Source: Candidatus Latescibacterota bacterium
Lineage (GTDB): Bacteria > Latescibacterota > UBA2968 > GCA-2709665
Direction of reading: 5' to 3'
Assembly: GCA_965222075.1 (NCBI GenBank)
Contig: OZ244937.1
Span: 3,360,001-3,424,000, forward strand
DNA length: 64,000 nucleotides
Under the pieces are notes generated by a model. The model was not told the origin of the DNA and ran no database searches. It was given only the letters and a program-made list of their open reading frames with translations. This document shows, piece after piece, positions 37,788 through 47,603 of the stretch; the stretch's first letter is position 1, and each line of letters opens with the position of its first letter. The position numbers and the translations under genes were made by a program.

Positions 37788-39122
37788 TCAACCCCCGGTG
37801 CCTGCCAGTGCGCATGTCCTGAACCCCGCCCACACATCCCGGCGATCGGGCGTTTGAAAATTGCGGTAGCCGGTGCGAATCAGCCGGGAACGGGTCACCC
37901 AGCAACCGCCCCGGTAGACCTTGCGCGTGCCGAACCAGGGCTCGGAATACTCCACATACGGATCTGTCTCAAATCCCGGAAAAGGCAGAAAGTCGCTGCT
38001 GGTCCACTCCCACACATTGCCGACCATCTGCCGGCAGCCGAAGGGGCTGTCCCCTTCCGGGAACGCCCCCACATCCACACAGCCCATCCCCCGCCAGTCT
38101 AAGTTGGTCCGCTCCGGCGTGGGCGGCGCATCCCCCCACGGAAAGCGCCGCTTCCCCTGGGCAAGCCCCCTGCCGTCCGCTGCGGGCTCTGCCGCCGCTG
38201 CCGCCTCCCACTCCGCCTCCGTCGGCAGCCGGCGGTCGGCCCAGCGGCAGTACGCCTCCGCCTCGTACCAGTTCACGTGGATCACGGGAAGGTGTGGTTC
38301 CAGCGGCCCCCACCGGTCAAAATGCCGCCGCAGCCAGCCCCCGTTCCCATCCCGCTGCCAGTACACCGGGTGTTCCGCACCGTCGGACTCCCGCCACACC
38401 CACCCTGCCTCGCTCCAGAATTCCCGCGTTCTGTATCCCCCATCTTCTGTAAACGCCGCAAACTCGGCCTGGGTCACCGGCGCCCGCGCAATCGAAAACG
38501 GGGCCACCCCCACCACATGGCCCCACTTCTCGTTGTCAAACACAAACGGCTCCTCCCGGGGCGCGCCCAGCACAAACGCGCCCCCTGCAACCTCCACATC
38601 GCCGGGCAGGGGTCCCCCGCCGGCGTCCGCCTGCCCGGGTTCGGCAACCATCGAAAGGCTCGGAGCGGGATACCCTAAGGTCTGCCGGGCGTAGGTCAGG
38701 GCCTCGGTGTGCATGTCCTCGTGCAGGGTCGTGTAAATAATATGATAGACCTCCGCTTCGGAAAGTCCGCCCTGCTCGATCCGTTCCAGCACCCGGTCCC
38801 GCACCTCGCGCATGTAGGCCAGAGTCTCACCTCGGGAGGGAAGCGGCAGGTCCCACCGCGTATCGTGGGCAACAGCGATCGAATCGTAGAGCGCGTCCTC
38901 GTCACCGCGCACCGGTTCCTGCCCACCCGCATGCCGCAGCGCCCACCTGGACTGGAACCACGCGTGGTGCCCCATCTCCCACAGCAGGGGATTGGTAATA
39001 GGGAGCTGTGGCCCCATCAACTGCTCGTCCGTCAGATCGGCAACCAGTTCAAAAGTCCGCTCGCGGGCATCGCGCACCCACCCGGCAAGTTCGGCAGTTG
39101 TAAAATAACTGGAAAGAGCCAT
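37788..39122 (-). CDS. senA: Selenoneine synthase SenA (EgtB-like, DinB + FGE-sulfatase domains)
   Basis: NPLLWEMGH, HEDMHTE iron motif, FDNEK, RLPTEAEWE, GNVWEW, GFRTC; directly upstream of senB. Confidence 0.87.
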   Translation of the reverse strand: MALSSYFTTAELAGWVRDARERTFELVADLTDEQLMGPQLPITNPLLWEMGHHAWFQSRWALRHAGGQEPVRGDEDALYDSIAVAHDTRWDLPLPSRGETLAYMREVRDRVLERIEQGGLSEAEVYHIIYTTLHEDMHTEALTYARQTLGYPAPSLSMVAEPGQADAGGGPLPGDVEVAGGAFVLGAPREEPFVFDNEKWGHVVGVAPFSIARAPVTQAEFAAFTEDGGYRTREFWSEAGWVWRESDGAEHPVYWQRDGNGGWLRRHFDRWGPLEPHLPVIHVNWYEAEAYCRWADRRLPTEAEWEAAAAAEPAADGRGLAQGKRRFPWGDAPPTPERTNLDWRGMGCVDVGAFPEGDSPFGCRQMVGNVWEWTSSDFLPFPGFETDPYVEYSEPWFGTRKVYRGGCWVTRSRLIRTGYRNFQTPDRRDVWAGFRTCALAGTGG

Positions 39123-39230
39123 TGAAAAAAAATCTCCTCTTTAGGGTTGCGCCTGATGTGAATTATCTGTAACTTGGCAGGTTCTGATGCTACATCTGCC
39201 TCACTCTTCAAACATCGAAGAGGTATACCC

Positions 39231-40088
39231 ATGAAAATAATCCTTTTGTCCTGTCTCTTAGTCCTGTCTTCACTGGTGCCTGCGCTCTCCCAGCCCTTTC
39301 GGTTTACGGCGATTCCAGACGAAAACACAGCGCGTCTGAAGGAACGCTTTGACAAAGTTGCGTCCTACCTGTCCGGTAAACTGGGTGTCCAAGTCGAGTA
39401 CGTACCGGTAAAATCCTACAGCGCTTCGGTCGCCGCGTTCAAGAACAACCAGGTGCAGCTGGCCTGGTTTGGCGGCCTCTCCGGGGTCCAGGCCCGCCGC
39501 GTCGTACCCGGCGCCGTGGCCATCGCCCAGGGCGAAGAAGACCTGTTGTTTGTATCCTACTTCATCGCAAATACAAGAACCGGACTGCAGCCTGCAGAAG
39601 GTTTTCCCGAAGGCATCAGGGGACTGACATTCACCTTTGGGTCAAAAGGATCGACTTCGGGTCGGCTTATGCCGGAGTTCTTTATTCGGAAACATTTTAA
39701 TGCTGCCCCAAAAGAGGTCTTCCGGCGCGTGGGGTTCAGCGGCGACCACTCCAAAACCCTTGCCCTGGTACAATCGGGCAGTTATGAAGCGGGGGTTCTC
39801 AACTACAAGGTCTGGGAAAACGAAACCACAGCGGGCAATGTCGACACCAGCAAAGTCCGCATCATCTGGAAAACGCCCCCCTACCCGGACTACAACTGGA
39901 CAATTCGCGGTGATGTGCAGAAGAAATACGGCAAAGGCTTCATACAGAAAGTCCGGAATGCCTTTCTCGGCATGACGGATAGAGACCTGCTCAACGCCTT
40001 CCCGCGCACCCGTTTCATCCCCGCCGACAACGCGACCTACGGGCCAATACTGGAAACCGCAATCGCCGTGGGCATTATCGAAAAATAG
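39231..40088 (+). CDS. PhnD-like ABC substrate-binding protein (putative selenate/selenium transporter type)
   Basis: Signal peptide, FTAIPDE, AWFGGLSGVQAR, FGSKGSTSGRLMP, GFSGDH, YPDYNWT. Confidence 0.85.
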   Translation: MKIILLSCLLVLSSLVPALSQPFRFTAIPDENTARLKERFDKVASYLSGKLGVQVEYVPVKSYSASVAAFKNNQVQLAWFGGLSGVQARRVVPGAVAIAQGEEDLLFVSYFIANTRTGLQPAEGFPEGIRGLTFTFGSKGSTSGRLMPEFFIRKHFNAAPKEVFRRVGFSGDHSKTLALVQSGSYEAGVLNYKVWENETTAGNVDTSKVRIIWKTPPYPDYNWTIRGDVQKKYGKGFIQKVRNAFLGMTDRDLLNAFPRTRFIPADNATYGPILETAIAVGIIEK

Positions 40089-40091
40089 CCT

Positions 40092-40745
40092 ATGTTCGAT
40101 CTGGACAACATCAGTGTCGCCTACAGTGACACGCCGGTGCTGGTGGACATCTCTCTCAACATTCGGGAAGGAGAGAAAATCGTCATCATCGGCGCCAGCG
40201 GGGCCGGCAAATCGACATTGCTCAGGAAGCTTTACGAGATGCAGAAGGAACGGGCGGCGTTCATCCATCAGGATTATGCGCTCGTACCGCAGCTTTCTGC
40301 CTTTCACAATGTGTGCATCGGCCGCCTCGACCGACACAGCACCGCTTACAACCTGTTCAACCTGATCAAACCTCGAAAAGTGGAACTGGCCAGCGTCACG
40401 CCCATACTTGAGTCGCTGGGCATGCCGGAGAAAACCTTCGAACGCGTCAGCAGCCTGTCGGGCGGCCAGCAACAACGGGTCGCCGTCGCACGCGCGGTTT
40501 ACAGGGAAGCCGACGCCCTGATCGGCGATGAGCCTGTGTCTTCCATCGATCCGCACCAGGCAGGTGCGGTACTGAACCTCCTTAAACAGCGGTCAAAAAC
40601 CCTCATCCTGGCGATGCACGACGTACAGCTCGCGCTCGAGCATTTTGACCGCATCGTCGGGCTGCGCCTCGGTCGAATCGTCTTTGACCTGCCAGGTGTA
40701 GAGGTCAACGACAAAATCCTAACCGATCTGTACCGACCTTGCTGA
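40092..40745 (+). CDS. ABC transporter ATP-binding protein (PhnC-like)
   Basis: GASGAGKST, LSGGQQQRVAVAR, DEPVSSID. Confidence 0.93.
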   Translation: MFDLDNISVAYSDTPVLVDISLNIREGEKIVIIGASGAGKSTLLRKLYEMQKERAAFIHQDYALVPQLSAFHNVCIGRLDRHSTAYNLFNLIKPRKVELASVTPILESLGMPEKTFERVSSLSGGQQQRVAVARAVYREADALIGDEPVSSIDPHQAGAVLNLLKQRSKTLILAMHDVQLALEHFDRIVGLRLGRIVFDLPGVEVNDKILTDLYRPC

Positions 40746-42235
40746 GAGTCAGCCTTTACTTCCTTGTCGTTGCATCCGTCTGTCTCTTATTCGCAGATAT
40801 CGAGATCACGACGCTCGATCCCTGGCAGGAGATCCACCGGGTTGTCCTGGGCTGGGTCACGCCGGACCTGCTCGTACTCTACACCCTCAAAGACGCCCTG
40901 CTCAACACCCTCACCTTTGCGTTTTGCGGCATCACCCTCGGGATCCTGTTCGGCGCCTGTTTCGCCTTCCTTTTTCACATCAACCTCGTCAGACTCTTCT
41001 GCGCTTTCATCAGGGCCATCCACGAAATCCTCTGGGCCTTTATCTTCCTGCCCATCGTTGGATTAAACCCGATCTGCGGCGTCCTGGCCATCGGCGTCCC
41101 CTATGCCGGCGTCTTTGCAAAGGTGTATGCGGAGATCCTGCAGGAAGCCGACCAGAATCCCCTGAAAGGCTTACCGCCCGGTACCCGTTCCATCTCCAGG
41201 TTCATCTATGGAATCTTGCCGGTCACTTACACTGATCTCAAAAACTACACCGCCTACCGGTTCGAATGCGCCCTGCGTTCCAGCGCCATACTGGGCTTCA
41301 TTGGACTGCTCACCCTCGGATTTCACCTGGAAACCGCCTTTCGGGAAGGGCTCTATTCAGAAGCGGCCGCCCTGCTTTACATCTTCTACCTGCTCATTGC
41401 CTCCCTCAAATACTGGCTCAGGCCCAGACTCGTCCCCATATACGTCGGACTCTCCTTCGCCCTCATCTCCAAAGAGACATCCCTGTCGTGGGAGAACATC
41501 ACCCGCTTTCTCACCTACGAAATCCTCCCCTGGCCGATGCGGCGGGAGGGCTTTCTGTCCGGCACCTACGAAATCGCGTTTCCAGCCGGACAGGTCTGGG
41601 AATGGGCGGTCGATATATTCACAAGCGAGGGGCTTGTGGGCGTGTGGAATACGGTCATCCTGACCCAGATTGTTCTGGCGGGCACCGGACTGTTTACGCT
41701 CGTGGGCTTCGCGGCCGTCTGCCGGCACTTCTCGCCTCTCGCCTTTGCCAGGATCTCACACTTCCTCCTCATTATCCTGCGCACCACACCCGAATACATC
41801 CTGGCCTATGCCTTTATCCAGCTCTGGGGACCGTCCATGCTCCCCGCGATCGCCGCCATCGTCCTGCACAACGGCGCAATCCTGTCCTACCTGACCGGCC
41901 AGAACGCCGACCTGGTCAACCTCAGGATAGACGCGTCTGAGAAAAAAACCAATCGCTACTTTTTTGAAGTCCTCCCCCGCATCTACGGACAGTTCCTGGC
42001 CTTTCTGTTCTATCGCTGGGAGGTCATGATGCGAGAATCGGCCATTCTGGGAATTCTGGGCATCTACACGCTGGGATTCTTCATCGACAGCGCCATAGCG
42101 GACGACAAGCTGGACAAGGCCATCTTTCTGATCCTCTTCACCGCGCTGATGACCATGGTCATCGACACCATCTCCCAGAAGATACGCAAAAGGCTGCGGA
42201 TCTCTCCGGGTGCGGTCTTAACCATAAGAGAGTGA
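40739..42235 (+). CDS. ABC transporter permease, fused double PhnE-like
   Basis: YRFECALRSSAILG and YRWEVMMRESAILG repeats. Confidence 0.9.
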   Translation: MLRVSLYFLVVASVCLLFADIEITTLDPWQEIHRVVLGWVTPDLLVLYTLKDALLNTLTFAFCGITLGILFGACFAFLFHINLVRLFCAFIRAIHEILWAFIFLPIVGLNPICGVLAIGVPYAGVFAKVYAEILQEADQNPLKGLPPGTRSISRFIYGILPVTYTDLKNYTAYRFECALRSSAILGFIGLLTLGFHLETAFREGLYSEAAALLYIFYLLIASLKYWLRPRLVPIYVGLSFALISKETSLSWENITRFLTYEILPWPMRREGFLSGTYEIAFPAGQVWEWAVDIFTSEGLVGVWNTVILTQIVLAGTGLFTLVGFAAVCRHFSPLAFARISHFLLIILRTTPEYILAYAFIQLWGPSMLPAIAAIVLHNGAILSYLTGQNADLVNLRIDASEKKTNRYFFEVLPRIYGQFLAFLFYRWEVMMRESAILGILGIYTLGFFIDSAIADDKLDKAIFLILFTALMTMVIDTISQKIRKRLRISPGAVLTIRE

Positions 42236-42330
42236 CCCACCCCGTCTTTTGCCCATCGCCCAAATTGCGAGAGGCGCATCGCGATGCGCCCCTGGTAAAA
42301 TTCAACATTTCGGAAACGCTTACCCTGAAA

Positions 42331-43416
42331 CTATTCTTCTGCCCCTCTGCCCGCCATCGACAGCGCCATCTTCCCCCCCACCGTACTCGATACCACCCGC
42401 ATCTGGGGATGCTGGTCCAAAACAACCTGCGCCACCCGCCACACCGCCTGCTTCACCCCCCGCGTCGGCCGGGGGCGGCCCATAGGCGAAAGCTTCACCA
42501 GAACCCCCCCATCCGAATGCGGCAGTACCAGCACCCCAAAATGCTGCGTGAGTTCCCCCTCTTTTACCATCACCTCAATCAGCCGGTGCTCACCCTGCGA
42601 ATTCCGGTAGCCCTCCACCAGCTTCACAACCACCCTCACCCCCCGGTGGGTCTCCTGCCAGGTTTGGGACGCGAAAGCATCCAACAGGCGTGTCCGGTCG
42701 TAAGCCCCTTTCAGAATAACGTTCGGCATTGGCCCCACCTTCTCAATAGCCACACCCCGGCGCAGACAGGCCTCCCGACGCCAGACAAAATAGTGGATCG
42801 GCACACCGGCCGCCATCGCCTTTCGCTCGTACCTGGTCGGCGTGCGGCCCGGAAGATCGTGCACCGACGTCGCCGGGAAGCACGAGCGCAGCAGAGGCTG
42901 GCCTTCAAGCACCTTTCCGATCCAGGCGGCGTAGTCTGCGTGGTCAGTCGCAATCGTCACCTCACTCCCCGGTGCAAGCCGTTGTGCAAGCAGCCTGACA
43001 AACCCGGGCTGAATCAACCGGCGCGAATGGTGCCGCTCCTTGGGCCACGGATCCGAGAAGTGAATAAAGACCTGATCGATACCGTCTGGAGCGAAGAGGC
43101 GCTCTAAGACAAAAGCGGCATTGCCCTGAACCAGGCGCATATTGGTCAAAGCGGCCTGATCCAGTCGCTTGAAAATGCGCTGCATCGATCCCCACGACCG
43201 CTCAATTCCCACAAAATTGGACGCCGGGTGTTGTCCCGCTTGCCCGATTAAAAAACCACCGTTGCCAAACCCAATCTCCACCACAAGCGGCCCGGATCGC
43301 CCAAAAGTCGATCCCCAGGCAATGGGCCAGTCCAGCTCAAGCCAGGGCACCATATACCGCCCGATGGCTTCGCTTAAGGGGCGAGCAGACAGCAACGACT
43401 GTTCCGATTGCATCAA
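42331..43416 (-). CDS. trmB: tRNA (guanine-N7) methyltransferase with C-terminal extension
   Basis: EIGFGNG, FSDPWPKERHHSRRL, ATDHADYA, TRYERK. Confidence 0.92.
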   Translation of the reverse strand: MMQSEQSLLSARPLSEAIGRYMVPWLELDWPIAWGSTFGRSGPLVVEIGFGNGGFLIGQAGQHPASNFVGIERSWGSMQRIFKRLDQAALTNMRLVQGNAAFVLERLFAPDGIDQVFIHFSDPWPKERHHSRRLIQPGFVRLLAQRLAPGSEVTIATDHADYAAWIGKVLEGQPLLRSCFPATSVHDLPGRTPTRYERKAMAAGVPIHYFVWRREACLRRGVAIEKVGPMPNVILKGAYDRTRLLDAFASQTWQETHRGVRVVVKLVEGYRNSQGEHRLIEVMVKEGELTQHFGVLVLPHSDGGVLVKLSPMGRPRPTRGVKQAVWRVAQVVLDQHPQMRVVSSTVGGKMALSMAGRGAEE

Positions 43417-43484
43417 GATTTCCCTTCAAAACACCCCGGGTTTGGACCATCTAACATAGCGTATCTCCCCCGCCCTGTCAACAC

Positions 43485-44093
43485 TTATGGCGCCAGCCGC
43501 TCCATCCGCCAGTTCCCACCCTCAACCCGGCGGTAGTGCAGCCGGTCGTTCAGCCGGTCGGGACGGCTCTGGAAGAACTCGATCGTCGTTGGAAAAACCC
43601 GGTATCCCCCCCAGAAGGACGGCCTGGGAACCTCCCGGCCCCGGTACTCTTCCGCCAGCGCCTCAAAGCGTCTCTCCAGCGCCCCCCGATCGGGAATCGC
43701 GCGGCTCTGCGCGGAGGCCCAGGCCCCCAGTTGGCTCCCCCGGTGGCGGTTCCGGAAGTAGGCGTCGGCCTCCGCATCCGGCACCTTCTCCACCTGCCCC
43801 TCAATGCGAACCTGGCGTTCCAAAGGGCTCCACCAGAAGACGAGCGCCGCCCGGGGATTCTCGGCCAGCTCCGCTCCCTTTCGACTCTCTAAATTGGTGT
43901 AAAACAGGAACCCCCGTTCATCCACTTCCTTCAACAGCACCACCCGCGCCGACGGCGCCCCGTCCACCGTCGTCGTCGCCAAAGTCATCCCCTCCGGAAG
44001 GACCGGCACCGCCTCACGCGCCTCTTCAAACCACCGTTTAAACAGCCGGATCGGATCCGGTCCCGCCTCGTCTTCCAGCAACGTCCTTTCCAT
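43485..44093 (-). CDS. pdxH: Pyridoxine/pyridoxamine 5'-phosphate oxidase
   Basis: SARVVLLK, FYTNLESRKG, RQVRIEG, WGGYR, RLAP. Confidence 0.96.
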   Translation of the reverse strand: MERTLLEDEAGPDPIRLFKRWFEEAREAVPVLPEGMTLATTTVDGAPSARVVLLKEVDERGFLFYTNLESRKGAELAENPRAALVFWWSPLERQVRIEGQVEKVPDAEADAYFRNRHRGSQLGAWASAQSRAIPDRGALERRFEALAEEYRGREVPRPSFWGGYRVFPTTIEFFQSRPDRLNDRLHYRRVEGGNWRMERLAP

Positions 44094-44105
44094 AACGCCT
44101 CCATT

Positions 44106-44990
44106 TTATGCTTTCTCATACAGTGTAATGCTCACCTGCGTCCCCAAAAAAGGCGCCGAGGGGGGCAGCACGTAGGTCCGCTTCCCCCGAAAGTAGACCC
44201 GCGTGTCCCCCGACCGGATGTGCAGGCTGCCCCGGTACTGCTGACAGATCTGGTTCACAATATAAAGCCCCAGCCCACGTGCAGCGTCCCGGGAAAATTC
44301 CTTCCGCACCGCGTTGGCAATCGCCTGTGCATGCGTCCAACCCGACACGTCAAACCGTTCGGCTAAGCTCTCTCGGATGCCGATGCCCAGGTCGCACACC
44401 CCGATAATCGCAAACTTCCTCCCCAGCTTCTGGTTCAGATACCGCTGTGCCACCAGCACCCCCCGGTCTCCACTGTGATCCAGAATATTGTGACACAGTT
44501 CGGCCACCACATTCTTGAAATCCGTAATCTCCCGCACCGTATACCGCAGCTCCTCGCTCAAGATCGCGCTCACCCGGGCCTCGATCACCCCCAGCACCGA
44601 CTCGATATCCGCCCGCTGCTCAATCCCCATTACCTCTAACAAACTCTCATTGTGCACCGGGGGGCGCCCCGTCTGCGGCATCCGCTCCAGGGTCACGTAC
44701 GCCTTTAAGGCCTCAAACACCCGCATCCGGGTCAGATAGCTCTCGATGCTCGCATCCGCAGGCAGCCTGCAGAAAATATCCCAGTACCGGCCGCCCAGAT
44801 AGCGTCCCAGCAGGCAGAGCATCCCCATCCCGTAGGGGTCCACAAACCCCAGCTCGGACAGGTCCAGCACAATATTGTCCTCGGACCGCCGTTCCATAAA
44901 CGCGTTCAGGTCGGCCAGCACCTCATCACAGGAAACCGCCGAGAGGTTGTCCTGACGAATCGAAAACGTATTGTCGAACACATCGGCCAA
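44106..44990 (-). CDS. STAS-like + HATPase (anti-sigma/kinase-like) protein
   Basis: LDLSELGFVDP; ELCHNILDHS, DLGIGI, RGLGL GHKL boxes. Confidence 0.8.
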   Translation of the reverse strand: MADVFDNTFSIRQDNLSAVSCDEVLADLNAFMERRSEDNIVLDLSELGFVDPYGMGMLCLLGRYLGGRYWDIFCRLPADASIESYLTRMRVFEALKAYVTLERMPQTGRPPVHNESLLEVMGIEQRADIESVLGVIEARVSAILSEELRYTVREITDFKNVVAELCHNILDHSGDRGVLVAQRYLNQKLGRKFAIIGVCDLGIGIRESLAERFDVSGWTHAQAIANAVRKEFSRDAARGLGLYIVNQICQQYRGSLHIRSGDTRVYFRGKRTYVLPPSAPFLGTQVSITLYEKA

Positions 44991-45076
44991 TGCCGTGTGC
45001 TCCCCTTATTGAGAACAACCTTTCGGTAGATGGCCCTGTCGCTCAGTCCCGGGCGGTCTCCGTCATCCGCCCCCCA

Positions 45077-45149
45077 TCACTCCCCCCTTGAGGGGGAGTC
45101 GCAGAAGCCGAGCCGGTCCCCTGAGCTTGTCGAAGGGCAGGCGACGGCT
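45077..45149. repeat. Palindromic dispersed repeat (second copy inverted at 53552-53603) with a nested 22-bp REP
   Basis: tcactccccccttgagggggagtcgcagaagccgagccg[gtcccctgagcttgtcgaaggg]caggcgacggct. Confidence 0.8.
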
Positions 45150-45781
45150 GATGCGGTGGGGGGTGCTTGTGGTGACTACTGCCATCGCAACAACACAGAC
45201 CCACAACCCCTTCCAGCCCTTCCCATGCCTTCGGCGAGGCCTTTTTCTTGCACGCCCAAGAAAAAGGCCCAAAAAGAAAGGCGCCTGCCTGCGCGGCGCA
45301 CCGCGCTGCAGGCAGGCCGCTCAAACGCCGCGGGGGCTGCTTTTCCGCGAATTGCCCCTCTGGTCGATACCTGAGTTTGTGCCCTGCGAGCGCTGGGGAA
45401 TTCACAAGGCGAAGGCGCTGGACGGAACCGCGCGGAAAAGCCCCTTCACCCCCCACCGAACGCGCAGGCAGGCGCGAAGACCGGTGGGGGTTTTAAGACA
45501 GCTTCTTAAGGTACAAAAAAACGACCGCCCCTTCAAGGGCGGTCGTGCAGATGCTCAATCTTTTTCTGGTGGAGGCAGCCACCGACTTTCGCTTTCCAGC
45601 CTCGTCCCGAATCTTCCACGACTAAATCCCCTAAGTAAAAAGGCTTAGTTGTGCAGTGTCGTCTTGACCGATATAGACACTTTCGCTATATTCCCGGAAG
45701 AAATGGGATATAGGGTGGGTCATCGAATGATACCGGAAGACACGGCGAAAGTCGTGAAGGCACTGCACGTGACGATTCGTA

Positions 45782-46729
45782 TTGACGTGGGGAGAGACGA
45801 CATTGGAGTTTGGCGAACTGAAGGACGTGACGCTACGCGAGGTGTGGGGACATGAAGCACACGATTTCACGCCGTGGTTGTTCGCGAACATGGAGCGGCT
45901 TTCGAAGGCGATTGGCCTTTCGATGGAACCGGAGGGCACGGAAGTCGCAGTCGAGCAATTCTCGGCGGATATCGTCGCCCGAAACCCCGCAGATGGCAGC
46001 CTTGTGCTCATCGAAAACCAGTTGGAAGGCTCCGACCACACGCATCTGGGTCAGATTCTTACCTATCTTGCCGGCATGCAGGCGCAGACCGTCATCTGGA
46101 TCGCGCGCGACTTTGATGAGTCGCACCGGTCGGCCATCCGCTGGCTGAACGACCACACAGTAGAACCTTTCGCATTCTTTGCAGTGCGCGTGCGGATTGT
46201 GCGGATTGCCGACTCACCGCTGGTACCGCTGTTCGAGGTTCTGGAGCGTCCCAGCGCGTGGGACCGGAGCGTACGCGCGACCGTTGAGAGTGACACGAGT
46301 GAGCTGACCCAATTCCGACGTGAGTTCTGGACCCACTACGCGAAGCAGTACCCGAATGACGGCGTTTCGGTCGGGTACGAGGCGAGTTCGTTCTGGGTGT
46401 GGATCGAATCAGCGGAACTGAACCTGTCCCTGTACCTGGCGCAGCGCTCCGTGGGCGTATGGGTGCGAGGGAAGAGGGGCGAACCGGCGGAAGCGGTGTG
46501 GGAACGCATCCAGACCTGGGAGCAAAGGCTGCGGGATGAACTTGGGGTGGAGATTGGCGAAGGAACCTCATGGGGCAGTTTCGCCAATAGCCACTACCCC
46601 GCCGATACGAAGGATCGCAGCAATTGGCCCGCCATGGCCGACTGGCTTCACAACAAGATCGCCGATTATCGCCGAGTTCTGGAGAGCACTCCCGCGCCGC
46701 CACCATCGAATGATCCGTCCGACGCATAG
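45782..46729 (+). CDS. PD-(D/E)xK endonuclease-like + DUF4268 protein
   Basis: EAHDFTPWL, ADIVA, IENQLE..DHTHLGQILTY, REFWT; start uncertain. Confidence 0.8.
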   Translation: MTWGETTLEFGELKDVTLREVWGHEAHDFTPWLFANMERLSKAIGLSMEPEGTEVAVEQFSADIVARNPADGSLVLIENQLEGSDHTHLGQILTYLAGMQAQTVIWIARDFDESHRSAIRWLNDHTVEPFAFFAVRVRIVRIADSPLVPLFEVLERPSAWDRSVRATVESDTSELTQFRREFWTHYAKQYPNDGVSVGYEASSFWVWIESAELNLSLYLAQRSVGVWVRGKRGEPAEAVWERIQTWEQRLRDELGVEIGEGTSWGSFANSHYPADTKDRSNWPAMADWLHNKIADYRRVLESTPAPPPSNDPSDA

Positions 46730-46783
46730 CGCGCGGGGACGCGTACCTGCCAACTCGCGTTGCCGGCAGCATATACCGCGAGC

Positions 46784-46900
46784 GTGGGAAGGCGCACCGT
46801 TGTAACGAGGTTGAAGAATCAGCGGCAGCGGCGATCCCTTCAGCCTGTAGAGGCCGTGAATCTGACGCCAGGTCAGCTTCTGTGTGAAACGGCCACACAT
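46784..46900 (-). pseudogene. SOS-response-associated peptidase (SRAP) N-terminal fragment
   Basis: MCGRFTQ..PRYNGAP, then sequence diverges. Confidence 0.7.
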
Positions 46901-46984
46901 CGTCGGGTGCTCTCTGCGTCCTCCGTCTTAGGTTCCTTGTCCTGTCCCCTTCACTCAAAACATCCAAGGGCGCAAAACGGACGT

Positions 46985-47063
46985 CGACTGGTTCCTCAAG
47001 CAGCACTTTCGGAGGAAGATGATCACGCGTATCAGCACGAGCGCCGCAATAAATGCATGACAT
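46985..47063 (-). pseudogene. HNH nuclease N-terminal fragment
   Basis: MSCIYCGARADTRDHLPPKVLL. Confidence 0.55.
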
Positions 47064-47176
47064 GGACGACACATCGCCGAGACGTTCATCAAGAAACAAA
47101 GGTTGGTGACAGGGGTCCACTATTTCTTCAGCGGCAGCATCCGACCTGATTTAAAGAAAAGAAGCTAACTGCCAAC

Positions 47177-47304
47177 TAACAGTAGTTCGTTGGAATCGGT
47201 TTTGGGTGTGATTTCACATCCTTCAACGGCTGATTTTGTCCTATTTTTAAAGATTTAGCAGGATGCCGTAAGGAAGAATTCCTCATGTCAACAAACTACT
47301 GTTA
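47177..47304. mobile_element. MITE-like element with 16-bp terminal inverted repeats
   Basis: taacagtagttcgttg ... caacaaactactgtta (1 mismatch). Confidence 0.65.
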
Positions 47305-47322
47305 AGTAGTCAGGCAGAAGTA

Positions 47323-47442
47323 AAAGACTACGCTTGCGCCTTCGACAGCATCTTCTCCAAACGCAGCCAGCGTGAGAGTTTTCGCCGTTACCTGGAGGGG
47401 CTCTTGCTGGGTTGTGAGCGAAACAAGACCCTCATCGGCCTG
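47323..47442 (+). mobile_element. IS701-family transposase N-terminal remnant
   Basis: DYACAFDSIFSKRSQRESFRRYLEGLLLGCERNKTL. Confidence 0.7.
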
Positions 47443-47603
47443 CCTGCCTGCGCCTGCCTCCTCGGCCGCTGAAGAGCTGTCGTCTCAGGTGACGGAGATG
47501 CATCGTTAGTGGGGAGTTTTCGGCTGAGTCAGGTGCTGAGCGCTCCCGCGCGGCGTTGGAGTGGAACGTGCCTCTCGCATCTAAACACGAAAGGAGATAA
47601 ACA

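Noticed and set aside
45555-45620. Complete tRNA or tmRNA gene
   Set aside because: Only a 10-nt CCA-end-like match, with no T-arm or cloverleaf.
46092-47120. 342-aa minus-strand ORF
   Set aside because: Only a short HNH-like stretch looks real; the rest is antisense to the DUF4268 gene.
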